Source of the DNA: Rubripirellula sp.
Lineage (GTDB): Bacteria > Planctomycetota > Planctomycetia > Pirellulales > Pirellulaceae
Direction: 5' to 3'
Length of the DNA: 64,000 nucleotides
Assembly: GCA_965216875.1 (NCBI GenBank)
Contig: OZ244207.1
Coordinates: 5,600,001-5,664,000 of the forward strand
Shown here: positions 37,748-47,654 of the stretch, piece after piece
Layout of the letters: each line of letters opens with the position of its first letter
How positions within the stretch are numbered: position 1 is the first letter of the stretch
Made by a program: the position numbers and the translations under genes
The notes under the pieces: model-generated
Database searches by the model: none
What the model was told of the DNA's origin: nothing
Seen by the model: only the letters and a program-made list of their open reading frames with translations

Positions 37748-39832
37748 GTGGCAACAACCGTCGTTGAAATGACTGGCGAAGAAAGGCGATTGATTCAGTC
37801 GCTCCAGAAGGTCATCGCAAAGGAAGCTGAACACGCGAACCAACTAGAACGCACCGGGCGGGCTGGCGGAAAGGCTGGCGATGGCATTGACCGAGGGATG
37901 AAGAGGGCCGAGAAGGCGTCCGTACTGTCGCTGAAAGGAATCCAGCGAGCCGGAACCGATTCATTTAGGAAGCTCAGGACCTCCGCTGCTAGTGACCTCG
38001 CATCTGTCGCAGGCGGGTTCACATCGCTTGAAGCAGGGCTGGGTAAGTTTGTTGAGCTTCAAAACGCGGCAATCGCAAAGAACAGAGAGTTGTTCTCTGG
38101 TCTGCAATCGACAGAAGGAGGTGATCGACGGTTGGTCCAGATCGCTGAGAATGCTCAAGACTTCAGGCAATTGCGTGGGCGGGCAGATGAAATAGCTGGC
38201 AAGTTTGGGATCGAACGTACTGACGCGCGCGGCCTAGTGTTCAGTGCTCGCTCAGAGAACTTTGAAGACACGCTTGAGTTCATCGCCAAGAATGCCCAAG
38301 TCATAGATACAACGGCCCAGAGCACGGTTGCGGGCCAACTGCCGCAGCTGTTCAAAGGCAGTGGACTAACGGGGACCCAGTTCATCAATGCTACGTTGGC
38401 TGCTGCAAAGGACAGCCGAGCCGACTTCGAAGCGATTGCAAGAGTTGTCCCAATCGCTGCGCAAGGTGGTTCAGTCGCAGGTGCAAAACCTGAAGAGATC
38501 CTTGCGGCAACGTCCGTGCTGCCATCAAGGACTACTTCACCCGAAGTCGCGGCCAACCTAATCAAAGCCTTTGCCACGAAAGTTGGGTTGGATACTGGGA
38601 CTACTGCCGAGGATCGCAAAGCGTTCGAAAAAAAAGAAGCGGACCGCCTGAGCTCGGCACAACTCAGGTTGCGAAGCCTAACCGAACGACGGGACGACCT
38701 GCAGGAAGATCTTGCGGACGCTCCACGAAGCCGCAGGGCGGATCTTGAGAAGGCTTTGGCAAGGGCGAACCGAGCGATTGACGAGTTTGATCGGTCGCAG
38801 CTCGACAAGAGATCCTTTGCGGCAAGAGAGTCACTGTCTGGCGTTGGCCTGCTTGGTGCTGTAAGAAAACTCGATTCACTGCCGGAAGCGCTTCAGCGTG
38901 ACTTCCTCGGTGAAAGCCAGGAGCTTAACCAGGGATTCATTCTGCTAAAGAAGAATCTTAATACGATCGAACAGCGGGCTGCAACAATCAGCGAGCAGTT
39001 TGGTCTTACCGGAACCGGTCGATCGATCACTGCAAAGCGGCGAGCGATCACATTAAGGAATCCGGAGCTCGCCACCCTTCTTGAAGAACGCAAAAGCCGA
39101 ATTGCTCTCGAGATCGAACGTGACGACCGGGCGTTACTTGAAGGATCCAGCCAAGCAAAAGCTAACCGAGCCCTGGCGACCGCCGAACGCGACGGCTCAT
39201 CCGCTCTTCGTATTGCTGCAGCGGAGTCGTTTGGCGAGACAGCGACGGGATTAGGCTTTTCTCGTGAGAATGCGATCACGCTGGTAGCTGGCAACGACCT
39301 TGGACAACTCGAGCGGGACTTGGCGTTCTCGTCACGCTCTAGCCCTGGCCAGAAGCTTGGTCCGCTCGTCAACGCGGTAAAAGAACTTCGGCGAGCTCGT
39401 GGCGTTGACCCAACGGCACTTGTCCCCCGCGATGCGGCCGCCGGCTACCTGCGAAACGTCACGGGTCGTGAAATCTTCGCCAACAACATCACTGATACCG
39501 AGAGGCTTGGACTCACAAACCAAATTGTCGCGCAGGCAAAGAAAACAACCGGTTTTGGCCGAAGTGCGACCATCGGAGTTCTCGATGCATTGGGGCCGCT
39601 TGGCAACTTGGCACTTGGATCAAAACAACTGGCTGTCAATGAGGGCCTGGACGCCGCAAAGGAGATCCGAGCAGGCCTAGAGGCACAGGCGGCTGCCACT
39701 CGTGAACAGACCGAAGTGTTGAGGCAAATGCAGACGGATTCACAGGCGACCGCTTCAGCGACGCAAGCAACGGCAGCGAACACGCAACCAAGCCAATCAT
39801 CATTTGGTGACGCACAAAGGGCAGGAAGATGA
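37748..39832 (+). CDS. Phage tail tape-measure-like protein
   Basis: About 690 aa, Ala/Gly-rich and helical; N-terminus VVEMTGEERRL; TMP-like core (AAAKDSRADFEAIARVVP...GAKPEEILAATSVL...AANLIKA); GTG start with aagga RBS. Confidence 0.6.
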   Translation: MATTVVEMTGEERRLIQSLQKVIAKEAEHANQLERTGRAGGKAGDGIDRGMKRAEKASVLSLKGIQRAGTDSFRKLRTSAASDLASVAGGFTSLEAGLGKFVELQNAAIAKNRELFSGLQSTEGGDRRLVQIAENAQDFRQLRGRADEIAGKFGIERTDARGLVFSARSENFEDTLEFIAKNAQVIDTTAQSTVAGQLPQLFKGSGLTGTQFINATLAAAKDSRADFEAIARVVPIAAQGGSVAGAKPEEILAATSVLPSRTTSPEVAANLIKAFATKVGLDTGTTAEDRKAFEKKEADRLSSAQLRLRSLTERRDDLQEDLADAPRSRRADLEKALARANRAIDEFDRSQLDKRSFAARESLSGVGLLGAVRKLDSLPEALQRDFLGESQELNQGFILLKKNLNTIEQRAATISEQFGLTGTGRSITAKRRAITLRNPELATLLEERKSRIALEIERDDRALLEGSSQAKANRALATAERDGSSALRIAAAESFGETATGLGFSRENAITLVAGNDLGQLERDLAFSSRSSPGQKLGPLVNAVKELRRARGVDPTALVPRDAAAGYLRNVTGREIFANNITDTERLGLTNQIVAQAKKTTGFGRSATIGVLDALGPLGNLALGSKQLAVNEGLDAAKEIRAGLEAQAAATREQTEVLRQMQTDSQATASATQATAANTQPSQSSFGDAQRAGR

Positions 39833-40062
39833 AAATCGAGAACTTCAACGATTTCGCTACAGCGTTTGAAATCATGGGTGACAACTTTGCCGAATCAGCC
39901 GAGGGGTTTGAGACGATGCAGGCAAAACTTGCTGGGCTACCAGATGAGTGGAAGCCGTTGCTTGAACAAGTACGCGTCATGAAGATCACTTCCAGACTGC
40001 TGCGGACACAAGCGAACACAGCAGCGGCGATTGCTCAAGAGATCGCAGACGGTGTTGGATAG
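39829..40062 (+). CDS. Small helical hypothetical protein
   Basis: ATGA overlap with the TMP-like gene. Confidence 0.6.
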   Translation: MKIENFNDFATAFEIMGDNFAESAEGFETMQAKLAGLPDEWKPLLEQVRVMKITSRLLRTQANTAAAIAQEIADGVG

Positions 40063-40072
40063 CGGAGCTAAC

Positions 40073-40519
40073 GGTGGTCAATTCGGCCACCCATGGAGTC
40101 CATTTGGTGTGCAGCATGCTGCACACCGTCGAAGTGCCAAGGTGGACGATCCGCATTCGACGGCTGGTCAAATTAGCCACCCGCAAGGGCGTGTGAGTTA
40201 CACGCCCATAAGACTTGAAAACACCAGCAAACTGAAAGTCCAGGGTAGATGATTTAGCTACCCGCGATCGATCTGTCCAGAATTCTGGACAGTTCGGGTT
40301 GGTCGAATTAGCCACCCTGACCTTACATAAGAATTTGTGGAGGGTCGGCACGTATGACCTTACTCAAGAATTTGAGGAAGGTTCGGAATAGAGCTTGCGC
40401 AAGTGTTTGCGTAAGGCTGTGGTACAAATTATTGCACCACAGCCCGACCCTAAACTGTGCGCAATTGCGCACAGTTTCGCCGCCCGCACAGGGCTTCGTG
40501 TCAAATTCTTGAAACACAG
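40073..40519. repeat. Array of about 13 closely packed 18-28 bp palindromes of several sequence classes
   Basis: Perfect palindromes at 40106-40127, 40273-40292 and 40452-40477, plus about ten imperfect ones (listed in findings). Confidence 0.85.
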
Positions 40520-40844
40520 CGCCTTGCAACCGAACAGACCGAGCCGAACTTGACGACGAGCTCCCGTGTCGTGACAATGCGAGAGCTGTCGTGAAGGACT
40601 AATAACCGACACGACTTGACCGCTGGATTCAAAACCTCCGGCGGTGACAAAGCCAACTACTACCATTCTGACGATTTAGAAATGACAACGCCGCACGTTT
40701 TGTGGACCACCGGAAGCAATGAGCCTGCGCAGGCAGGGGAGCAACCGACCCGACCCGGGGTAGTAGCCGGGTTATTAGCAGGACGTGCGGCGTTGTCGTG
40801 CGCTGGCGGAATCGATCCGTTGGCGGAAAGGTTGAACCAGACCC

Positions 40845-41324
40845 ATGAAGTCTCGTTCGAACGAACAAAAGCGTTTGGCAGTTGAGCGATCGGCCAAGGT
40901 AGCTTACGAGGGTCTTTTGACGGCCCGCGAGTTGTACGCTGGCGGCGACGCAAAGGCAGGTTTCTATCTTGCTCGGTCGTTGTGGCTCGTTGCCGTGATG
41001 GACTCAGCGACACGATTCTCACCTAACACGAAATCACGCACGAGTCGGTGCGGGCTGATGGCGTTGTTTCATGGCAAACGAATCGACCAAGAGACCTTCG
41101 AGTATTGCTCAGCAATCGATGTGAAGGTCACGGGAGGTTGGGCAGTAGCTACAGACACGCCTAAAATCGTCGAAGCCGCAACCGCGTTGCTTGAAGCGAC
41201 CGAATCCAACAGTTGCCGCAAACGTCGATTGGCAGCGATTGAGAAGGCCAACGCTAAACCCGGCCGGATCCGTCAGCTGGCAACCGCTGCTTGTGGTTTG
41301 TTTGCCTTCGGAGGTGCGTCTTGA
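40845..41324 (+). CDS. Hypothetical protein
   Basis: 159-aa ORF overlapping the next start. Confidence 0.55.
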   Translation: MKSRSNEQKRLAVERSAKVAYEGLLTARELYAGGDAKAGFYLARSLWLVAVMDSATRFSPNTKSRTSRCGLMALFHGKRIDQETFEYCSAIDVKVTGGWAVATDTPKIVEAATALLEATESNSCRKRRLAAIEKANAKPGRIRQLATAACGLFAFGGAS

Positions 41325-41509
41325 AAAGCGACCTAGACAATCCCCGAGTGCGATTCCTCCCAACACCTGAAGAGATCAGGCAGCGTGCGAGTGAAGTCCG
41401 CTCGAATTGGTCCGCAAGGATCCGCGAGGAAAGACGCGTCAAGGCTTACGACTCACCTTGGAGCGTTCCGGCCTTCGTCCTTGAAGAGAACGAGCTACGC
41501 AGCCTGTAG
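41321..41509 (+). CDS. Small hypothetical phage-like protein
   Basis: TTG start with ggaggtg RBS; PTPEEIRQRASEVRSNWS. Confidence 0.55.
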   Translation: MKSDLDNPRVRFLPTPEEIRQRASEVRSNWSARIREERRVKAYDSPWSVPAFVLEENELRSL

Positions 41510-41524
41510 CGACTGACAAACAGC

Positions 41525-41552
41525 AGACCGGGAATGGATGCCCGGTCTTTTT
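41525..41552 (+). terminator. Intrinsic terminator upstream of the integrase
   Basis: agaccggg/cccggtct stem plus T-tract. Confidence 0.55.
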
Positions 41553-41594
41553 GACCGAACGGAAACCACCTCATCACATGGAAGACAGATTCAC

Positions 41595-43307
41595 ATGGTC
41601 ACTACAGCAGTTGGCTACATTCGAATGTCAACGGACGACCAAGAGGCATCACCAGAACAACAGCGGGAAGCAGTAGCACAGTTCGCGACTGACAACGGCT
41701 ACAAAATCATTCGCTGGTATCAAGACCTTGGAATCAGTGGCGACAAGACAGAAAAGCGAATCGACTTTCAAAAGATGATTGCAGCTGGTTCGACTGGCGA
41801 GTTTGATGCGATCCTTTGCTGGGACCAAGACCGTTTCGGGCGTTTCGACATGCTTGAGGCTGGCCGCTGGATCCACCCACTAAGGCAAGCTGGTGTCCAC
41901 TTGGCTACGGTCACCGATGGACCGATCGACTGGACACAGATGGCCGGCAGGTTGGTTTACTCGGTCAAACAGGAAGGCAAACACCAGTTCTTGCGTGACC
42001 TTTCAAAAAACGTTTCCCGCGGGATGGACAAGCTTGCCGCCGAGGGCCGATGGGTCACAGGTGTTCCGCCGATCGGTTACGTGGTCGACGAAGACAGGCG
42101 TCTTCAATTAGGACCACATGAAGACGTGGCAATCGTGAAAGACATCTTCCGGAAGTACTTGGCCGGTGATTCCACCCGACAGATCTCGCAGTGGCTCTCG
42201 GACCGTGGCATCCTTAGCCCGAAAGGCAAGAAGTGGACGGCAACAGGAATATCAAACGTGTTGAAAAACGAGCGATACCTTGGCTACCTCGTCTACAACC
42301 AACGAACAAGCTCGAAGTACAAGGATGCTTCCAACCCGCAGGGCAGAATGAAGACGAAGCCACGCGAAGAATGGACGATCGTGCCCAACACTCACCCTGC
42401 CCTGGTGACTCAAGAAGACTTCGACGCAGTTCAAGAACTATTCCGAACCAACACACGGAAAACGGCACCAAACAGCGGCCGTAAGTACGCCCTTTCCGGT
42501 CTGCTTCGATGCGGTTGCTGTGGGTTCACGATGATGGGCGACAAGTCCAACGGTGTCCCGTCCTACACTTGCTATTCGTATCGGGAACGCCCCAACTCAT
42601 GCGAGCGGTACAACGTCCGAGAGGACCAAGGCCTCAAGGCCATTCTGCGGGAGCTACGAACACAGTGGTTTGACAAGTACTTCACAGAATCACACATCGA
42701 GCAAATCAAGTCAGCGATGCGGGACATGCTCAGCGGTGAGCGTGCAGACCTGGGCATCGTGAAAGGCCATCTGGCGAAGGTGGAGGGCCAGATTGAGCAG
42801 GCGAAGCGACGATTGGTCGAAGTACCCGCCGACATGGTTCGGCACGTTTCAGAGCGTCTCAGGGAGCTTGAGGATCAGCGTGATTCACTGCTGGTCCAGC
42901 TGCAGCAATCAAACACGCCCGTTGAAGAGCAAGTCTTGGCCGTAGAGGAGCGCATCAACAGCGCGATCGAGTGGCTCAATTCACTCGAGCAAATCGCTGA
43001 AACAAAGTACGACAGCGATAAGGTCAATCGGATGCTACGACAGTTCATCGACCGCGTTGAGCTCCACTTCAAACGCAAGCCAATCGGAAAGCTTAAGAAG
43101 TACCACCGTTGTGAACTTGTTGGCGGTGTTGTCTACTTCCGGTTGAATGGCCTGCAGTCCGTCTTTAGCAAATCCATGAAGTTGCAAACAGGGGACCGGA
43201 GATTTTGGACATGTACTTTTCGATTTGCGGTGGCGTGCAATTGCAATGCCGACGCGGGTCGCTTCGGTAGCCACACGGACAAGGATTCGCCGCTGCGATC
43301 AACATGA
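41595..43307 (+). CDS. Large serine recombinase (integrase)
   Basis: [10 protein letters not shown] catalytic Ser, WDQDRFGR, recombinase domain ([23 protein letters not shown]), Zn ribbon [11 protein letters not shown]...YTC...C and a coiled coil. Confidence 0.95.
   Translation: MVTTAVGYIRMSTDDQEASPEQQREAVAQFATDNGYKIIRWYQDLGISGDKTEKRIDFQKMIAAGSTGEFDAILCWDQDRFGRFDMLEAGRWIHPLRQAGVHLATVTDGPIDWTQMAGRLVYSVKQEGKHQFLRDLSKNVSRGMDKLAAEGRWVTGVPPIGYVVDEDRRLQLGPHEDVAIVKDIFRKYLAGDSTRQISQWLSDRGILSPKGKKWTATGISNVLKNERYLGYLVYNQRTSSKYKDASNPQGRMKTKPREEWTIVPNTHPALVTQEDFDAVQELFRTNTRKTAPNSGRKYALSGLLRCGCCGFTMMGDKSNGVPSYTCYSYRERPNSCERYNVREDQGLKAILRELRTQWFDKYFTESHIEQIKSAMRDMLSGERADLGIVKGHLAKVEGQIEQAKRRLVEVPADMVRHVSERLRELEDQRDSLLVQLQQSNTPVEEQVLAVEERINSAIEWLNSLEQIAETKYDSDKVNRMLRQFIDRVELHFKRKPIGKLKKYHRCELVGGVVYFRLNGLQSVFSKSMKLQTGDRRFWTCTFRFAVACNCNADAGRFGSHTDKDSPLRST
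43160..43215. other. Hybrid attachment site (attL/attR); crossover at about 43186-43190
   Basis: comM similarity ends at ...SKISGPL and continues FATSWIC* instead of the conserved LDRID. Confidence 0.75.
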
Positions 43308-44340
43308 AGTCCGATGGAAACGTTGTGCTGCGAAGCGCTCGTGAGATCGTGACCACGCCGTCTTCGAGTGGTTGACGCATCACTTCCAACGTCTTGCGAT
43401 TGAACTCGGGCAGTTCGTCCAGAAACAGAATCCCGTTGTGCGCCTTGGAGATCTCGCCTGGTGACGGCGGACTTCCGCCGCCCACCAAACCCGCGTCGCT
43501 GATTGTGTGATGAGGGCTGCGAAAGGGTCGTCGCGCAAGGAGCGGCTGGCCCGATGGAAGTTGGCCAAGCGCGCTATAGATCCGCGTGGTCTCGATCGAT
43601 TCCCCCGCACCCAACTGCGGCAACACCGTTGGCATCCGCTTGGCCAACATCGTTTTTCCACTGCCGGGTGGACCAATCATGAGAAGATTGTGGCGACCAG
43701 CTGCGGCCAACGCCATCGCGCGCTTGGCCGACTCTTGACCTTTGACGTCACCAAAGTCGACATCATAGATGCTGTATCTTTCGAACAACTTGTCGAGACG
43801 ACTGGGCGCGGGGGTGAGATCGACTTCGCCGGCAAAAAACGCGACCGCTTGCGCAAGACTATCGACCGCGATCACATCGATCCCCTCGACCACGGCCGCT
43901 TCACTTGCGTTTTCGCGCGGCACCACAAGGCCCGTGATCCCTTCGTCCTTTGCCGCTTCCATCGCGATGGAAAGAGCCCCTTTGACGGGACGCGTGTAAC
44001 CTTCCAGTGCCAACTCACCGACCACGGCGTATTGATCGAGCCGATCACTTTGCAGTTGACCACTGCCGGCAAGGATGCCAAGCGCGACTGGCAAATCGAA
44101 CGAAGGAGCCTGTTTGGGTAGGTCACCCGGGGCAAGATTGATGACGACGCGATCGTGCGGACGTATGAAACCGCTGTTGACGATCGCCCGTTCAACGCGA
44201 AAGGTGCTCTCCTTCACTGCCGCGTCGGGAAGCCCAACGAGGATGGTCTTTGGCATCGCGGCTACCGAGAGGTCGACTTCGACGTCGACCGGCATCGCTT
44301 CGATGCCAAGCAGCGTAAAGGTTTTCAACCGCGCAAGCAT
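43165..44340 (-). pseudogene. comM: YifB/ComM Mg-chelatase-like AAA+ helicase, 5' fragment interrupted by the island
   Basis: [21 protein letters not shown], Walker [26 protein letters not shown] and NPCPCG; truncated before the LLDR arginine finger. Confidence 0.92.
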
Positions 44341-44680
44341 GGCCCCTGCCCCACAAGAGATTGATTCCAATCGAAAAGTCACCCAATTCGATTCTGCCCG
44401 AATCCTGCCACCATTGGGTCTTCTCAAATCGTGACGTCATTCGAGTCGTCAATCAACCCTATTAGATAGGGATCGCCATCAAAGAGCGGGCATGGAATTG
44501 CGGTCGGCATCTGCCAGCAAGAGATTTCGGCGTTATCCAACGCCGAATCGCAAACGCAAAATGCACCCGAGCAGGTAAAGCTTGCTCGAGTGCATTTGTC
44601 TCGTTCAGAAGGATGTCTTGGCGACAAGCCTGTCTTTTGGTCAAGTCATCGCCAGGATGTTTGGTCGGTCCGCATGGGGA

Positions 44681-45916
44681 TTAGAGGTGAACGATCACAT
44701 CAAATCCGAGCATGAATTGACTATCGTCCGTTCCATCGTTGAAGGGTTGTGCCGCAGTGGAGCCATCAAACCAATCAGCACGCAACTCGGGTCGAAAAAC
44801 GAGATAGCTGGTCGGTGAGTAGTTGGCTCCAAACGAAAGCGAGTAGAAGCTGCCGCCAAAGGGAGGCGTGTTCGGATTACTCGGTCGATTCAAACCGACG
44901 CGAGTCCCTTCCTCGTCGCGGAACCATTCGAATCGCATCCCAAGGCTTGTGCAGCGATTGACGCGGTACGTCAGGTATTGGTCGATGCCGTACCAATCGG
45001 CTCGTCCGCCATCAGCCGCGCCCCGATTTTGGAGGCCCAACCAATGATGAAACACATAGTCGAGCTTACAGGTCAAAGGAAGTCCGACCAGCCAACTATA
45101 GCGAGTGCGGTTGTCGTAATCTTGAACTGCCGCGACGCCTGCCAAGTCGGTGTACTCTTCGCCCGTGGTGATGGCGAAGGAGGTCCATCGTCCGGTTGAT
45201 TGCGAGTCATAGCGCACCTTGCCGATAAACCCAACCGAATCACTTGTGCGGTCGAGCGCGTCCCAGCCGTTGTGGAGTCCGAGTTGAACGGTCCAAGATT
45301 CGTTTGGATCCCAATTCAATTGGCCGCCCCAGTGGGTGAAGGGGCCTGCGAATTGATAACTGTAGGACTTGCTGTAAAAGAAGTTGTCCGGTGACATGAT
45401 GCCTTCATAGCCAACCACCGAATAGAAATGGCCGAGCTGAAGTGACAAACGTTGATTGCCCAATGCAACGAACGCTTGTGGGAAGGCAGAACCGTAGTAC
45501 TGATCGTTCCAACGCGCCGAACCGTCTGGCCGGTTTTCCATACCAACCGATTGGGCGAGGAAATAGTCTTCGCCATAGAGGTAGTCGATGCGTCCGCCAA
45601 TCCCGTGACCACACTGAGGAAGCCTCTTTTCAGCAATCAGGTAGATCTGATTCAGCATCGCCTCGTTGCTACGATCGACGCCGTTGTAGGGACCGTGAAA
45701 TTTGCTGTTCGGACTCGATGTATTGCCCATGAACCCAGCATCGATCCAACCGTCGAGCTCGATTCCAGAACGCTTGAACAGCTTAAACACATCCCCTGGC
45801 TGCCATGAGTGCTGCGAGCATGCGTAATCGTCACATTCCGAAGCGATTGACTTTGCAGTGGGAATCACTGCGAATGCGGCAATCGCCAGCGCAGCAACTA
45901 GCTTAGTAGGTCTCAT
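44681..45916 (-). CDS. Outer-membrane beta-barrel porin (BBP2/OmpL-like)
   Basis: Signal peptide, LNQIYL, GHFYSVVGYE, PFTHWG, RFEWFRD and RPELRADW. Confidence 0.85.
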   Translation of the reverse strand: MRPTKLVAALAIAAFAVIPTAKSIASECDDYACSQHSWQPGDVFKLFKRSGIELDGWIDAGFMGNTSSPNSKFHGPYNGVDRSNEAMLNQIYLIAEKRLPQCGHGIGGRIDYLYGEDYFLAQSVGMENRPDGSARWNDQYYGSAFPQAFVALGNQRLSLQLGHFYSVVGYEGIMSPDNFFYSKSYSYQFAGPFTHWGGQLNWDPNESWTVQLGLHNGWDALDRTSDSVGFIGKVRYDSQSTGRWTSFAITTGEEYTDLAGVAAVQDYDNRTRYSWLVGLPLTCKLDYVFHHWLGLQNRGAADGGRADWYGIDQYLTYRVNRCTSLGMRFEWFRDEEGTRVGLNRPSNPNTPPFGGSFYSLSFGANYSPTSYLVFRPELRADWFDGSTAAQPFNDGTDDSQFMLGFDVIVHL

Positions 45917-46300
45917 TGCGATCCACCTTGGGCTAAGGGAGAGGGAGGGAAGGCGTTGCAATCACGGTGTAGTCGTCCGAATGCTCTTATCGGGCTTTCG
46001 CTGTTAGCGATCGACGTAATGACCGCGAGCCCGAGCAATACCTAAGTTCGCAACATCGGAAATGACTCCTACAACCAATATGCGTCCTGCTCCCGCAACC
46101 GAACCGAAAGACGAACCCCGCCGAGAATCGACACCTGCATCCACCCAACGCGTCTCGGCAATCGGATAGCGGGACGTGACACGACGTCGCGCTCGGCAGC
46201 TTTGCAAGGTCCATTTCAAGACACCGTGCACCAACGCACAGCTTTCATCGACGTGAAGCATTCGAGTGGGCATCACTCGAGAACGTCCGACGGTAAATGC

Positions 46301-46339
46301 AAAAAGCCGTCCATCTACCGCTGGGATAGATGGACGGCT
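46301..46339 (-). terminator. Strong intrinsic terminator (minus strand)
   Basis: 13-bp stem agccgtccatcta/tagatggacggct with an A-tract on +. Confidence 0.65.
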
Positions 46340-46797
46340 AACACAACATCGATGTAGGCGGGAAACCTTTCATCGCAGAAGGCTACATCGGACGATTTGC
46401 CCACCACCTGAATTGGGAATCGGCTTTTCACTTGCATCTGCGGACAACCACATCGGTGATCGTAAAACCTTTTCTTGCATGAGAAAAACTCATGTTAATT
46501 CTATTAGCATCTGAAGTTGCAAATGTACGTCTGCCGGAGATGCAGCACCGTTCTAATGGCGGAACCTAGCGACGAAACCTGCGCCGTCGTTTTAGTACGC
46601 GAGACTCCGTCACCGAACCTTAACTTCTCTTTCGTCACCTCCGCGAATGCTGCCGCTGCACGGGATCTTGTGGAAACCACCCACGGAAACAGGCGAAATC
46701 TTCGGCTCGTTGCTTTGCAAGGCGGTTCGAGTTTCAATAGTGCCCAACGCTTCTGAACCGCAATTCCCCTTCGCTCAATCTCGCCACAGCCCGCAAC

Positions 46798-47646
46798 TTG
46801 CCGATGCCGACTCACGCCCTCGTACCGATTCGTTTCGTTTGTTGGAGCATGCTGATCGGTGGTTTGCTGATCAATTCCTTTGCGGTTGCCTCGGAACCGA
46901 CCATCACCAAGGGAACCAAAAGCCTCCCGCTTGCCGGCGAATCGTTTCGTATTGATGGGCACGATGCCTTTGTGATCCTTCCCGAGGGAGTCGACAAAAA
47001 CGTTCCCTGGGTCTGGTACGCACCGACCTTACCGGGCTTGCCGGCTCAGTCCGAAGTTTGGATGTTCGAACAGTTTCTTGGCAAAGGCATCGCGATTGCG
47101 GGCATTGATGCTGGCGAGTCCTTTGGAAGTCCTGACGGAACCAAGCTCTTTTCGTCGTTCTATGAACATCTGGTCGCACAGCGGAAATTTCGAAGGCAAC
47201 CCTGTCTGCTGGCGCGCAGCCGCGGCGGGCTGATGCTTTACAACTGGGCTGTGGAGCATCCAGAATCGGTTGCGGGCGTGGCCGGGATTTACCCTGTTTG
47301 TAACCTTGCCAGCTATCCTGGGATTGCCCGAGCCGCAGGTGCTTACAACCTTACCGCCGAGCAACTGCAAACCGACTTGGCCCAACACAACCCGATCGAC
47401 AAATTGAAACCGCTCGCCGAAGCCGCTGTGCCACTTTTTCACATTCACGGCGATAGCGACAAAGTCGTCCCACTCGAGGACAACTCCGCGAAACTCGCCC
47501 AGCGTTACCGAACGTTTGGCGGCCCCGTCGAAGTTGAAGTGGTCAAGGGCCAAGGTCACAACATGTGGAATGGATGGTTCCAATCTCAACGTTTGGCCGA
47601 TTTCGTGATCGCTCGCGCACTCGGTGAACGGGCACTCGGTCAATAG
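46798..47646 (+). CDS. Exported alpha/beta hydrolase (S9-like)
   Basis: ARSRGG nucleophile elbow, HIHGDSDKVVP and GQGH. Confidence 0.85.
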   Translation: MPMPTHALVPIRFVCWSMLIGGLLINSFAVASEPTITKGTKSLPLAGESFRIDGHDAFVILPEGVDKNVPWVWYAPTLPGLPAQSEVWMFEQFLGKGIAIAGIDAGESFGSPDGTKLFSSFYEHLVAQRKFRRQPCLLARSRGGLMLYNWAVEHPESVAGVAGIYPVCNLASYPGIARAAGAYNLTAEQLQTDLAQHNPIDKLKPLAEAAVPLFHIHGDSDKVVPLEDNSAKLAQRYRTFGGPVEVEVVKGQGHNMWNGWFQSQRLADFVIARALGERALGQ

Positions 47647-47654
47647 GCAACGGC

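Larger units (their letters stand above)
1..43190. mobile_element. Integrative island inserted in comM by a large serine recombinase; left end outside the window
   Basis: comM is truncated at SGPL next to an LSR gene. A replication/phage-like module and accessory cargo lie to the left. No comM 3' remnant was seen in the window, so the left boundary is open and the inclusion of the T2SS and cargo is inferred. Confidence 0.65.

Noticed and set aside
40073..40519. Palindrome array as CRISPR or integron attC array, or ORFs 40031-40252 and 40323-40666 as genes
   Set aside because: There is no constant repeat with regular spacers and no cassette ORFs between units. The overlapping ORFs lack an RBS and recognisable protein features.
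1..43160. 3' half of comM marking the other island end
   Set aside because: No LDRID-like continuation was found in the intergenic gaps I inspected; it is presumably outside the window or deleted.
33398..43190. Complete prophage
   Set aside because: No capsid, portal, terminase, tail tube/sheath or lysis genes were recognised in the window.
46360..46460. c-di-GMP-I riboswitch suggested by GGGCAAA on the minus strand
   Set aside because: The downstream conserved GNRA hairpin and GCAAAGCC elements were not found.
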